This document shows positions 1 to 14,048 of a stretch of 64,000 nt of DNA, piece after piece. The notes under the pieces were generated by a model, which was not told the DNA's origin, did no database searches, and worked only from the letters and a program-made list of their open reading frames with translations. The position numbers and the translations under genes are program-made. Position 1 is the stretch's first letter, and each line of letters starts with the position of its first letter. The stretch covers positions 992,001 to 1,056,000 of the forward strand of contig NC_092348.1 of assembly GCF_963676685.1 (NCBI RefSeq), written 5' to 3'. This stretch comes from Mytilus edulis (lineage: Eukaryota).

Positions 1-464
1 TACTTGTATAATCATTAATGTATGAGTATGTGCAAGGATAAAATGTTTCTAAAAGTCTTGTACCTTAGTATAGTTATAAAGAGAAATTTAAAATAACATG
101 TATGATAACTTTTTAATTTGAAAGAATATTTGGGTCCTTTGACTCTGATGTCTAACTGTAACGATTACTTTCGTTGGGCCTATGACTTTTGTCGCTAAAG
201 CTAGACATAGTGATTCGACATTCAGGCATCTTCTGCTGTGGCTTCCACTAATATTTACTCTGTGGTTAAAGTTTTTGATAATTTTAATCACTTTCTTAGA
301 CTAAACTGGATTTGTAACAGACTTGGATGGATGCTTGTTTAAAATCAAAAGCTGGTATCTAGAAGGATTTTTTTTATTTTTTTATTCTATTACTTATAAA
401 TGGTCTTTGGCATCACATACAGTCTGAAGTTAAAGTTTTGAAAACATTTATTAATTTCTTTAAC

Positions 465-2048
465 CAGTGTTCTCCCCAGGCTGTTTTAGCACAGCGCTAT
501 TGCAATTCCCTGCTGTCCTATTGCACTGACCTCGTCGCTATCCAAAGCAACTGCATCGCTATATTTTTTTCCGTATTTTTCAAATTTCCTGCTTATTTTT
601 CACTTCGTATCACGTGATCGACTGGTTTACAATTTTTGAATGAATTATTTCCGCTTTGTTAAAGTAACTCTGGGGGACCAGTCTAATAAATTTTACAAAA
701 TGGTGTATTTTTCAAATTTCTCACTTATTTTTCACTTCGTATCACGTGATCGACTGGTTTACAATTTTTGAATGAATTATTTCCGCTTTGTTAAAGTAAC
801 TCTGGGGGACCAGTCTAATAAATTTTACAAAATGGTGTATTTTTCAAATTTCTCACTTATTTTTCACTTCGTATCACGTGATCGACTGGTTTACAATTTT
901 TGAATGAATTATTTCCGCTTTGTTAAAGTAACTCCGGGGGACCAGGTTAATAAATTTTACAAAATGGCGTATTTTTCAAATTTCCCGCTTATTTTTCACT
1001 TCGTATCACTTGATCGACTGGTTTACAATTTTTGAATGAATTATTTCCGCTTTGTTAAAGTAATTCCGGGGGACCAGTCTAATAAATTTTACAAAATGGC
1101 GTATTTGACAGATCAAAATAAACAAAGATTTCAACATTGACATCTATTTTTTTAATTTAAAGAAAATATAGAGGCAAATATGAATACAATGAGATGAAAT
1201 GAATTGATTGCATTTCCCGACATCACTCACAAACTTGTTTTACGAACTTTGAACAAATAATGATTTTAAAAACAATCAAACACAGGGGTTTGTTCCAAAT
1301 TATTTGCTGGGTTTACTATCCATACAAACCCTGAAAATGAGCAAGTCTTTTAGGTATTAAATATCCCCTATTCGAACTTATAATTGTTAAGTCAGAAATT
1401 CTACCATTTGATAACAATTTGAGAGGATATGATTAGAAAAACAAACCCCAAGCTGATACGACTTGAGAAATTTACTTTCTCGATGTCCAGCTTGGATGAA
1501 GCCATTTAAATATTATAAAACGTTTAGTTCATAAAAATGTAAAATCTTTATGCTAAAAAATGTCAATTCCTGTCAAACATCGTAAGGTTAACAGTACACT
1601 GCTACAGTTGGTTACAAAACCAAACAGAAACTGACAATGACTTTATTGTTGGTCCTACATGTTCTGCAACATTACCTGATGGTGCTAAGAAATCTTGGCA
1701 CAGGCAGTTTGGTGTAGATCCATCATGGAAAAAGACTTCTCCTTCAGTTTTATACATAGATAGTATGAGGATTTAATATATGAACTTACAATGGAGAAAA
1801 AAAAACTCTTCTTCTATATCCAGACAATAACATGTCATAAACAAATAAAGCCTCATTAAGGGGTACACTGTAACTTCCATGAGCATGACAAGGACATCAT
1901 AACAAGAGGAAACATCAACAGCATGATATAATAAAAACACATAACAAATTGATAACAAACAAACCGCACGCCGCGATAAAGTTACTGAGAATTGTTAAAA
2001 AATACGCTCTTACCACAGCGCTATCCAAAATTCCTGGGGAGAACACTA
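465..2048. mobile_element. Non-autonomous hAT-like DNA transposon (~1.6 kb) in a TPX2 intron
   Basis: TIRs CAGTGTTCTCCCCAGG (465) and CCTGGGGAGAACACTA (2048); flanking direct repeat CTTTAAC(C) at 458-465 and 2049-2056 (7-8 bp TSD); no intact transposase ORF. Confidence 0.75.
572..1104. repeat. Tandem repeat, 132-bp unit x4, inside the hAT-like element
   Basis: CACTTCGTATCAC recurs at 601, 733, 865 and 997 (period 132). Confidence 0.95.
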
Positions 2049-2303
2049 CTTTAACCATCCTGGATTTTTACCAAATTTTGATTTAAGCTTCTTACAATCA
2101 AAAGATAGTATCTAGAGTAAATTTTCCACCATTTTGATTGAGCATACAACTAACAGCAAAAGTAGGACGTAGGACACTGGGTTCTGTGTAACCTTTACAT
2201 TTTTTTTCTTTAAAGCAATATATTATTGTTCACAAAAATGATAACATCAAATAGTGTTTTAATGATAGCCTACTAATATTAAAATGTTTACTATTGCATC
2301 TAG

Positions 2304-3289
2304 ATTGAAGAAGAATTGCATCCCAAAGTACAGTTTAAAGCCAGACCACCTGAAGTTCTTAGAAAAGAGCCTTTTATACCAGAAAAATCTACCAAACCTT
2401 TAACAGGTAACTGAAATTTTACATATTCTAGAATGATACATAACACAAAAAGAAAACTTAAAAATTTTGTATATATATCTTCACTAAAACACCTCAGAAA
2501 AAGTTACTAGTCAATAACTGCCTCCAGTCAACAATCCTCTAAAAAGCCGGGACATCAGTGTAAAACTAAATTGTACACAAATATTAATTTGATTCAATTT
2601 TTTATTAATAATTTGTTCATCAGATATTTTATTGGTGAATTTACACTCTGGAAAGACTTGTAAGCCACTAATTCACAGATTATTTTACATTGTTTAACAG
2701 ATCATCATAAAAAGATCTAATTCTATTTATGTATAAAGATTTAAATGCTGAAACAATGAACTAAAGGCCTAAATCCAGCTTTATCTTTGTGTTGTTGTTA
2801 AACAAATACCTCTTGCACATGATTGTAGCGTATCATTGAGAAGACATACATGTGGTAAAAAATCTTGCTTTTTATTGAAACATGAAGCATCACTTTTAAA
2901 ACACCTCATATAGTTGTCTGCCAACTAAATGGTTGAATCATTTTAAAATTTCTATGTACAAACATTATGTAATGTAATTATTCTTTGTTACAGACATTAG
3001 TGAATTTTCCCTGAATACTGAGAAAAGGGCTTACAACCGAGAAGGTTTTGAAATGCATAAGAAGAGCAAAGAGGCTGAGATAGAAGCTGTGAAACGAAGA
3101 ATAGAAAAGGAGAAAGAAGAGGAAGAACAAATGGCCATAGCTAAACTAAGAGCAGAAATGGTACATAAAAGTAACCCTGTTAAAAAATATACAAACGTTG
3201 AAGTTCAACCAAGTGATAAACCTGTAACATATGCAATGTCACCAAAGTTTGAGACAGACAGACGATTACGTAGCAAAGTGAGAGTATAA
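2304..3289 (+). CDS. TPX2: Targeting protein for Xklp2 (TPX2), last two coding exons (2304-2406, 2994-3289); 5' part lies outside the window
   Basis: AG/GT-bounded exons with compatible phase translate to IEEELHPKVQFKARPPEVLRKEPFIPEKSTKPLT-DISEFSLNTEKRAYNREGFEMHKK...KLRAEMVHKSNPVKKY...SPKF, which matches the TPX2 C-terminal domain. Confidence 0.88.
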
Positions 3290-6200
3290 TAGTGTGTATC
3301 ATGTGTAATGATTGTAAATGTGTACATAAGACCAATTTTATACATGTGTACATTGTAACACATTTTAATTTTTTATAATAATGCATAAAAGAATGTGTAT
3401 TAATGATACTTATATTCCTCCCAATATTTCTATGTATATATTCTTAACTTTTATATTTAAATGAACTCTCAAAAAAAATCTTTAAATGTGTACAAATGCA
3501 TGTAAAGCTGCTTCTAGCAGATAGTTTAGTCCTGTCGCATACCCAAACATAGAGCATCATTCTCTAAGACTAATACATTGAAACTTTACACATTTCAGGA
3601 AGCCAATCGTATATCAATTTTATACTTATATTGCTTTGAAAATTTTCTGTAGATGTTTTCAGTATTAAAACTGAAAGCTCTGTTCATACTAAGAATTATA
3701 TCCTGTGTTTATGTGTGTGTTGTATTCCAATATGGATACAGTTTACTGGTATTATGTTGACATGTAAATACATTTTGAAGGTTGATTTATAGCAATCAAT
3801 CAATAAAGTAAGAGGTGGGTTTAGGAGAGGCAGGGTGCTAGCCCCATTTATGGAGCTTTATGTAAGGTTAACGCAGGCTTTCAACATGGTCTTGCCAATG
3901 AGTTCCCTTTTTCTAAAATCCTGGATCTGCACTGAAAAATATCAGTGTATGATTGTTAAGGGTCAACAACTTACTTTATAAACTGTATTTTTATTGTCTA
4001 CAAAGAGCTCTAAATATGTTTTCTCTTGGTTCATTTTTCTTTCTTTACCTATTGCAAGCATTAAATCACCTGTTTATTGTATTATAATTATTACAATGTA
4101 TGCATATAGATGATATAGTACATATTAAAAATTTTGGTTCAAATGATTTCATATTCATATAGTGCAGGCATTTTTTTATGCCGCCACCCATGATATAAAA
4201 TGTTCATGTCATCACTCACAATTTATTAATTTTGAATGTCTGACATACCAGTTGTTAAAATGCTGTTCCAAAATTTTTGTAGACCTAAATTCAACTGGAA
4301 TAAAAATTCATATCCTTAGAAATTCTACTACTAGGACATGTAACCCCCAACAATTAATTGATATGAGTTCCTCCCATCCCTTACCATGATAAATTTTGCA
4401 ACAACCCTTGCACAGCTACTGACAATTAATATTGCATCCTGAGATGTTCTCATTGAAGCCATGAAATTTAATAAAAATTTCTATTTAAATATAAAAATGT
4501 TGTTGTCGGTAGACAAGTGTTTGTACAATATATCAAGTTTTTTATGGTGCCTGATATCTGTACACTTTGACAAGCTGTCTTACCGCTGTAATGGGGAATA
4601 AATTCAGTGTGTATTATTATTATTTTAAATTGATTGTTTATGTTTGTTTTAAAAGTGTTTAAATTGTTTTAATTTTTTGTTTGTAGATCACTATTTATTT
4701 ATGTAAAAATTGTGTACAAGGATATAACTTTATAAAATACTTTAGTTCTCCTTCTTCACAGAAATGTTTACAAGTTATAATTTTGTTGGACATATGAAGT
4801 AAAAGGTTGGAACTTTTTTTTAATTTTATTTTGGTGACAAGGTGTCAATTCTAAATACCACTCCACTTTTAAATCAAGCATATGGGTGAAAAGCCTACAT
4901 ATAATTATTTTGGATACTTAATTCAGAATACAAAGAAATATCAAAAGCTACCTAAAGTTTTGCTTTAACTTCTGTGAAGGGAACTAACTTCAATTTTTTT
5001 CTCAAGAAAATGTACAAGAAAAACCTTCTCTTCATAAAGTAAAACTTTATAAAGGAAGGGCAATTTTAATGTAGTTGTCAAGTACAGATATAGATTTCTA
5101 ATTTTATAAAATGTCCTGCCCATTTATGTAGAATATGAAGTAATAACAAACAGAAGAAATCTCACTTATGAGGTGTCAATATTTTTCATATATTGAAACC
5201 CCCCTATATTATGTACTTGAATTGCTTTTCATTTGATTCTAATTTAACAATGAATTTATAGTTTTTAGCACATTGACTTTTGTGAGCTGTCTATTTCAAA
5301 TCTAATATATTCTTCAATGTTTTCCCTTTATTTTGTTTGCTCTTTCTGACATGGTCTTACTTTTCTGTTCTTTCAAGATTTCACTGTCGGTGTTGTATCA
5401 TATTTCTTCCTGAATTCACATTGAATTTGTTTTGTCCTGTTCTATAATACATAATTGAAAACATGGATTTCCAATGTTATCTATTTTAATATTTGTGTGA
5501 ATTCTATTAATCATTAGTCATAATTATAAGAAATGAAAGCTGCTTTATTTTTTTTCAATGTTATGTGTGGCAATGATTATTATTTTGAAAAAGATTTTGG
5601 CAACACATTTGAAAAATCTCCTACAGTTAACAGCAGAATTATAATTGTAAAAAGATTGTGTGGATATTTTAAGTTTTTTTTTATGGTTTTAAGTTGCTAC
5701 TCCTAACAGACGTGGTTTTATCCATCCACCGATACTTTAATTGATAAAGAGGAGAGTCTTGCAAGACAAAATGTGTATTTTACAATCGACAAAATCATGT
5801 TATTTCATTAAATACACAATTAGAAGTAATGGCAGATTGTTGGCAGAGCCATTTATAAAATGTTTGTTTTTGAATCAAACTTGGGAGTAAGATAAGTGTA
5901 TTTTTTGTCAAGCTTCTTTTTTTAAATGGGTTCTGCTTAATATGTGTTACAAGTGATATCAAACAATGGAATTATTGTATTTGCTATACAGTCAAGAATA
6001 TACATAGATGAGGAAACTTTACTTGAGTTTTGTCTAAATATTGAGAGATGGTCTAACTGTTTATGTAATATAAAAATACTTATAAAACCTCTCAGTAAAT
6101 TTGGTGTAAATGTAACCACTGCCAAATCATAGAACATCATCACACATATATATGTGAAACTTCTCTCAATTCAACAGAACTGTAACACAGGATTGCATAA

Positions 6201-7699
6201 GTTTTACGATCATGACAAATGACATAAGGCTTAATGGTAATAAGACATGCAGGATTCCTGTTAAATAAGGATTTATATAAAGAGGTTTTATACTAATGTA
6301 AAATTTGGCAAACAAGTATTTCTGTACCAGTTTTACTTTATATGTGATAGACTGAGATAAAATATGAAATAAAATTATAATAATGTCACATTGTTGTTAT
6401 ATAACTTTGCCAAATTAATTTGTTTATAATGTGTCTGTCATTTTCACCATGTCAGTGAGACAGCAGGCAAATGATAAGACTTTTTTTTTATTATCTTTTT
6501 GTTATCTTTGTTCAAGTTCGGGGTCACCCTGTTGAAGGCTGCATTGTTTATATTTCTCAAGTCATATTGTCTAAATAGTCAAAAGGGCCAGGAGACTTTT
6601 TACACTTAAAACTGTTTTAACCCATATTGTTTGCCTGTACCAAGTCAGGCTTTCTGGACTGCTCAGTGTTTAAAAAAAATTGTGTCTGGTGCAGTCTGTT
6701 GAACTGTGCAATTTTTGTCTAACTTTCAACATAAGTCACAAAAAGAGACACCAGGATAACAATATGGCAAAGGCTTAAACTATTGTATTAAGCGTTATAT
6801 TCTAGAAGGTATTAAAAGACCTGAATATTTCATATCTTGTATGCAGATGTCTTATCTTACAAATTTCTGTCCATCATATATGTCTCTTGTACTTAAACCT
6901 TAGTTTCATGGTTGAGTGCTTTAAAGAAATGTAAAGGTATTTTGTCATGTGAAATACTTTGAGTAAAAGGATATCAATGTTTTATGGCCTCACAGCAAAG
7001 TTGTCTTGCCATATAGTTATGTACATCAGCTTCCTGTTTGCCGATTGTTTGAAATTAAACTGCTCATTGATCAAGGAAATTTTCCATCAAACTAGTATTG
7101 GTCTTGAGACTTGCATAGTATCCATGCATATTTGTGTTCACATGTGTTGTTAAAATTGCAAATTTTTCAACTTTTTCAGACGGGGCCATTCGTGTCGTTT
7201 CTACACATCTAGTTTTATATGGTATTCTTGCAAGTTCTTACATACAGGGTTACCAGATCTTCACTTTATATTTTGGATTAATGACCAAGGTTAAGTAAAT
7301 TAAAGTTTAATGGAAAACTCAGAATCTCAAAAACTTAATACTATATTTGGTGTATTGAACAAATGTCATATATAATACATGTACAACTACATGACCTCAT
7401 TTTCATGGGTCATTAGTCAAATAATTTTTTTTTTGTGGTGGATCTGTTTCTCTGCTATACTATAATGTATAAGCAATAGATCAGCTGAATTTGTTTCACA
7501 GAAACTTTTTTTAAATGGATTCATTGCAAGGTGGAAATGTCTATCAGATTTCATCTGACCTTGACCTCATTTTTATGGTTTTGTACATTTATCAGATACT
7601 TTAAAAGTCAAGTATATTTGGAGTATGGAATGATTATAAGGTTTACATCTATATAACTAAATCAATATAAACAGGTAAAAAAGGTAATTTATTATAAAG

Positions 7700-10600
7700 T
7701 TAATGAAACAAAGTTCTATCGACTTGAGATCCAAACATCAGTTTCCAGGAGTACGGTACCTTCCATGACAAGCCAGGCATCTTCACTGATTTACCATCAA
7801 TACCCATCACTAGTTTGGGCTGTGAAAAAAAAAGTAAGTGCTAATTAAAGGTATGTCTTACATATTGGTCAGCAGAATGTTGAATAGGCTGATATATTCA
7901 TTTCAGTATGATAAAATGTATGAATCGTATTATACATTGATAATGAAATCTTACTTTGCAATACTGGCCATTGGAAAAAAGATTACCACAAAGGTAAATA
8001 ACTCATTGTCTTACATTCCTAGAGGAAAAGTTGGCAAACATTTCTTTTAGGTGACAAAGAATACACAAATTGACAATGGCATGGATTTTGTGAGATTTTG
8101 CAAACCTCTCAATCATGCACAACTGCATACGAATATCTAAACCTTAATTTATATAACTGTTTTACTTTCCAATGTATAGGTAATTTAATCTAAAAATAAC
8201 TTAAATACAAATGTTTAGAATACCTGTAAATATGGTTAAGGAAGAGTAATATAATTTTGGCTAAAATGCTATTTTACAAATGTTTGAAGAAACACTCCTA
8301 CATTTATATAGTTTGTTGATGAAAAATTACCAATGGGAGTATAATAGGCTGAATATGCTCTTCATATACCACAAAACATACCTTTTTCACTAGATTTGCA
8401 ACATAAAGAAAAACATGTTTTTCATAAGATTTTCAACAGCTGTTTTCATATGTTTTTCATATACATGTTTCAAAACACACAGAAAACATATGATTATCAT
8501 ATGTTGAACAAAACATATGAAAAACATATAAAAATGATATGTTGCAATTTTTCCTGTGTACATAGTTTCTTGATGAAATATTAACAATGTTATTACCACT
8601 AACAATTCAGTTATAACCTTCAGTATTATAACTTACCTCCATATCAATTATATTTAGCCAGCTGTTGGCATGTTTAGCCAGCTGTAAGGCATCACTAGCA
8701 TTGTCTCCCTCAGAACAAAACAATAACAGGATACACACTTTCACCTCTTCAGAACTGTAAATAATAATAATAAACAATAACAGGATACACACTCACTTCT
8801 TCAGAACTGTAAATAATATCATATAGCATCAAGATTTAACCGGCTATGTACAACGCATGTAGTGGGTTATTTAACAGTGCACCACATTTTTTATGTTATT
8901 TTGAATAGACAGAAAAAGTATTACAGTCATTTCTTACAATTTAATTCTAAATTCCATTTTCAACTGTAGAAAACCATGAAAAAACGTTGATGACATCACG
9001 GTCACATGACTAAATTATGTCTATGGGCTCATAACAAAGTAATGTCAACCAATCAGAAGACGCATTACATCCAAAATCAAATTATTATATAATGTCAGTA
9101 ACTAGATCTCTTAGTGTTGACATTTATTATCTGGCTATACTAATGGAATAATAATAATAATTATAATTTCATTACTTCATTCAGTTTGTGAAGAAGTCCA
9201 CTGAGTTTACACATAAAACACTCCTGTGTGGAGCAGGAGCTGCCTTCCCTTCCAGAGCAGCTGACAAGTACACTCCTGTTTTCAATGGGGTTGGTGTTGC
9301 TCAGTCTTTTTTGAGTTTTGTACACTGCTGATTGTCTTTGGTTTTTTTTTTTATCAATTTATGTTTGAATATCCCTTTGGTATATTTGGCCTCTCTGATA
9401 GGCTGTCAAAAATCTATAACCAATGTCAAGGTGACAGAATTACCTATACACTCCTAGTGTCATAAACTTACCAATCTTTAAACAAAGATTTAGCTATTCC
9501 TCCACCTGGAATGTAAGGTGATGAGATTTCTTCTGTCTCTCCGTTCTCTGATAATCTTTTCTCTAATTCTTGCCATTCTAATCGAGATTTCATGTCTTCA
9601 ATTTCATGTTTCTCAAATTTTGGACTGGCTACAAATCTAAACTGAGATCTACAACACAAGAAAGTATGATGTAATATGGATCATGCTCAATATTTTTATA
9701 CAATACATTGTCATGTTGTGTTTCCATTTTCTAAGAAATAGTGTATGTATAAAATTGATCTTCTTATATTGAGTCATAAGCATGATAAGGATTGTGTTAT
9801 CTGCATTGATGTATTAAATACAATGTTAGTCCACATTCTGTATTTCAACAATTTTGTGATCTTGTATAGTGGATTATTTTAACTTCATATGAATTTTGCA
9901 ATTACCACGACCAAACCTATTCCCTATTTATTAATTTTCAAATTTTTCTTGCCTATTAAAAGATTAAAGAAGGGCATAATTTTCAAATTCTTTATAAGAA
10001 TTGTGATATTAGAGGGGGTAGGAGGGTCCTGATCCCGAAATCCCAGGCTTAAAAACACAAAAATCCAGAGGTCCTGAATTTAAATAAATTTAATCCTGAC
10101 ATCCCGGGATTTGAACAAAGAATTCCCATATCCTGAAAGGGTCAATCCAAAATCCCGAGCTTAAGAACACCCGCTTACAGAATCTGAATAAAAGGTCCTA
10201 TCCCCTGCCATGTTAGTTAAAATAAACTATATCCTGAAAATTTTAAATAAACTAAAGGAATGCATAGGGATTTGATACTTGTGGAATTACAGATTTATTC
10301 TGAAATGACTACTTGTTAAGAGTTTGGATGATTTAGAGTTTGACATATTGTAAGGACATTTGTCCAATCAGTATTTTGGAAGAATGCATGGTGCCCTGTA
10401 GATGTCTTTTGGTTATTTTTGTCAATTTGTAATTTCTAACTGAGTCATATGCCAAATCTCCTTCTATTGATCACTCCACAACAAGATTTAGGTACCCTGT
10501 CATATAGGGAACTTTGTAGTGACCATCTCCAGCATTAAAGTGTATGTCATTACGTTTATTACTCACCCCTGTAATTGACTGTCAATTCTTTCATGAGCAT

Positions 10601-13600
10601 GGCTACTTGTTAGAATGACTAGTTGTGATATTTTCATTTCTACCATCCATTTCCTCAGCCACTGTTTAAAAGAAGCCCTTTTCCCCTGAAAAATATTCAC
10701 AAATGTCATTACCGGTAAATAACAAAGGTTCAGATTAATTTGGACTTTACATCTATTCTTAAGTGACAGAACAAATCCAAAATTGTTTCTTTTTGATTGA
10801 AAATTTATATTCTGCGTAAAGTAAATGAAGTAAATTGTACGTGTCTATTATTTTGCAGTTACACTTCTACCTCTGGCCCAAGTTGGAAAGGGTTTAGCCC
10901 TCATAAAAATGTTTTACCCTGCTACATTCTTTATGTGCTTGTCCAAAATCAGGATCCTGTAACTCAATGGTTGTTGTTAGTTCCTATTTGTTTTTCTTAA
11001 AATGCTTTGTCATGAGTTATGCCGTTGTTTAAATTGTTTCACATTTTTTCATATTGGGGCTTTTTATAGTTGACTTTAGAGTATGGATTATCTCATTATT
11101 AAATGCCTTGCAGTAACCTATAACTGCTTACATCTTCAGCATTTAAACTCTGGTGGATATTTGTCACATTGACATATATATATATAACATGTGATATGAC
11201 TACAATTTCATTTTAAACTAACAGCCTTCAATTTCATCTGAGAGGTACTAACAGATTGAAAACATAAATGTTTCATTCTATCTTGTCAGGATGTATTTGT
11301 TAACTTCTATGTGTTTTGGTCCCTGTGGAGTCTTGCTGGCAATCATATCACATCTTCTTATCTTAAATCAATTACAATCCAAGTTAAAACAAAACTACAT
11401 TTTTTATTTGGTATTTTATATAATACTAGAAAAGCATAGCCATACATAACTGAGTACATACTCAAATTATTACTTACTTGAACAAAGGGAGATCTTTGTT
11501 GTATTATTATTGTCTTGTTTTCTGTATTCTCATAAACTGAAATAGTCATCAAGACAACATCTAAGTTGAGGAAATTTGCCTAAATTTATTGTAAATTACA
11601 TACTTATTAACTTTGTCTATCTCTATGTATAAACCTTTATACTAAACAGTGGATTCTTTAACTTTAAAGTTACTAAAATGTTTAATGTGTCTAATATGTT
11701 TGTGGGAATTTTTGAAGAAGACATTTATTTATTTTTATTATCAATCTCAACTCAAACTTAAAAAACACCTCATGTTTACATAATAATTTTTAAATGCTAT
11801 CACATTTTACTATATATTTTAGATGAACTTTATTACCTTCACAATTTGTGACAATTTTACAGGAAATTGATTCAGGATGAGCAAAAGGATCATTTCCAAC
11901 CAATGGCAATATGCTATCATGATAGATATAACCAATTCTCTCCATCCATAATGTGGAGATAATCATATCAACTGCTAACTGTCCAACATTTCCTACTGAT
12001 ACTGCTGGCTGTAATAAAAACACATATGCACAGTCTGCACCAAAAACTTTTTCAACTACTAGTCCGAAGACCAATATTCTGACATTTTTCTTATTGGGCC
12101 AAACAAAGTTTTGCAAAAACTTACTAGTCCGAATGAAATATTACTAGTCTGGGGCATCGGACTAGTGGCTAACCGTGCAGACTGTATGCATGTACTTAAT
12201 GTAGAGATAATCATATCAACTCTGATACTGAAGGGGGGGGGGGGGGAGGGGGGGAAGGGTCCTGATCCTGAAATCCCGAACAAAAAAACACAAAATCCTG
12301 AGGTCCTGAAATTTAAATAAATTAAAATCCCGACATCCCTAAATTCGAAAAAAGAATTCCTGGATCCTAAAAGGGTCAATCCAAAGATCCTGAGCTTAAA
12401 AACACCCGATCCCAGAATCCTGATAAAGGTCCTATCAGGGGCAGATCCAGCCATTTAAAAAAAAAAGGGGGGGGGGGGGGGGTACCCAACACAAGTCAAA
12501 GGGGGATTCCATCTAAATGTCCCCATTCAAATACATTGATTGGCCAAAAAAACGGGGAGGAAGGTCCAGCCCCCGTACCCCCCCTGGATCCGTCAATGCC
12601 TATATTCTAGTATAGTCTTTTAAAAAATTGGCAAGAGTTATACCCATGAGAGAGCTAACAAGGCCATTTTCCATACATTTTTTTAAAGTTGACATAGGCG
12701 GATCCAGGGGGGGGGCCTGCAATTTTGTGGGGGAAATTTGGTTAATTATATAGGGAATCACTGAAGCATGACTGGAGTGCCCCCCCCCCCCCCCCCCCCC
12801 CCCCCTTTTTAGGTCAGTCAGCTGGCCCCCACCCTTATGAACAGATCTGGATCTGTCACTAGTTGAGCGGTCACAGTTTCAGAACTTGTCTGAGATATTG
12901 CTGATATTAACCTGTAGTAAAAAAAAAAATTTAAATCCCGCAAGACTGTCTCCTTGATAGTGGTAAGGAAGCCATTTTCCTTACATTTGATATAATCAAG
13001 GTGCATAAAAAAGTTGTCAGAGCTATTGCTGATATTAACCTATAGTAGGGCTCTATAAGTTTTTTATAAAATCTAGGAAGATCAGAATTATACCTGTGAG
13101 AGCAGAGTCTACAACTCCATGGATGAGACTCCGGTATTTCCATGTACCCCCACAACTCATTACACAGGGGATAATAACTATTACAGCAAACTAATATTTT
13201 CATCATCTAAACTTTAACAATATCTAATAAATTTTGAATGCTCCAGAAACATTAGTCCAAATAATTATGACATCTGGCAAGGCTAGTTATTTGGACTACA
13301 GAAACATCAGAAGTCTGAATTTTAATTTTATTTCCATTGTANNNNNNNNNNNNNNNNNNNNNNNNNNNNNNNNNNNNNNNNNNNNNNNNNNNNNNNNNNN
13401 NNNNNNNNNNNNNNNNNNNNNNNNNNNNNNNNNNNNNNNNNTTTTAAATGCATTTTATGTTTCAGAAATTTATAAACTTTTCTAGATTTTGCTATCCATT
13501 TTTTTTCGTTCCTGCAGAAGGTGCAAAAATTAACTAAGTAGTGAAAACGATTGAGAAGCTTCCCCTGGTATAATCAATGTTGTGAGTAGTATTGATTTAA

Positions 13601-14048
13601 ATGGACAATAGATGGACAATAGACACCTGTAAACAATAGGTGATTTAACAGGTTTAAACTGTGTAACTGAGTGGACCATATCAAATGAAACTCAGGTGTT
13701 TGTTTATTTTGCTATCTTCTGCAGACTGGAAAAAAATGCACATCAAAATGCAGGTAAGTTTTTAATTTTCTGAAACGTAGACTTCATATAACTTTTATAT
13801 ATCTAGTTCCTGCCATGCCTTAAAACTTTCCTAGATGTACCAGTTTGTTTGTACTCGTAGTAATTTTTGAGGTGTAAACACGGCCATATTTTTCAATTCC
13901 TTATGATGAACCTTAAGTTAAAAAAAAAAATCATACATATTTCTTCCCCATTCACAGGTAATGCCTGTCTCATATTAAAAATTAACCTTACAAAAATCAA
14001 TGTATATCCTTCAAAATCCTTCTCTTTACTTTCAGCTGAAATAAACAT
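7700..14048 (-). CDS. PSMG2: Proteasome assembly chaperone 2 (PAC2), 7 coding exons: 14048-13992, 12008-11837, 11536-11478, 10685-10567, 9648-9472, 8754-8637, 7819-7700
   Basis: Spliced translation MFISAESKEKDFEGYTLIF-PAVSVGNVGQLAVDMII...LVGNDPF...QQRSPFVQ-GK...ILTSSHAHERIDSQLQG...YIPGGGIAK...LLFCSEGDNASDA...WKVPYSWKLMFG; canonical GT-AG sites with consistent phases. Confidence 0.95.
10012..10207. mobile_element. Short dispersed repeat (MITE-like); second copy at ~12253-12437
   Basis: Near-identical GGGTCCTGATCC(C/T)GAAATCCC...AAAGGTCCTATC segments in two PSMG2 introns. Confidence 0.6.
13342..13441. other. Assembly gap (100 N)
   Basis: Run of N. Confidence 1.

Noticed and set aside
572-1104. 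Regular repeats as a possible CRISPR array
   Set aside because: Units are contiguous and near-identical with no variable spacers
12059-12454. 131-aa ORF in PSMG2 intron 1
   Set aside because: Made of a MITE-like repeat, a poly-G run and a ~20-bp echo of PSMG2 exon 2 (VDMIIST); not a credible gene
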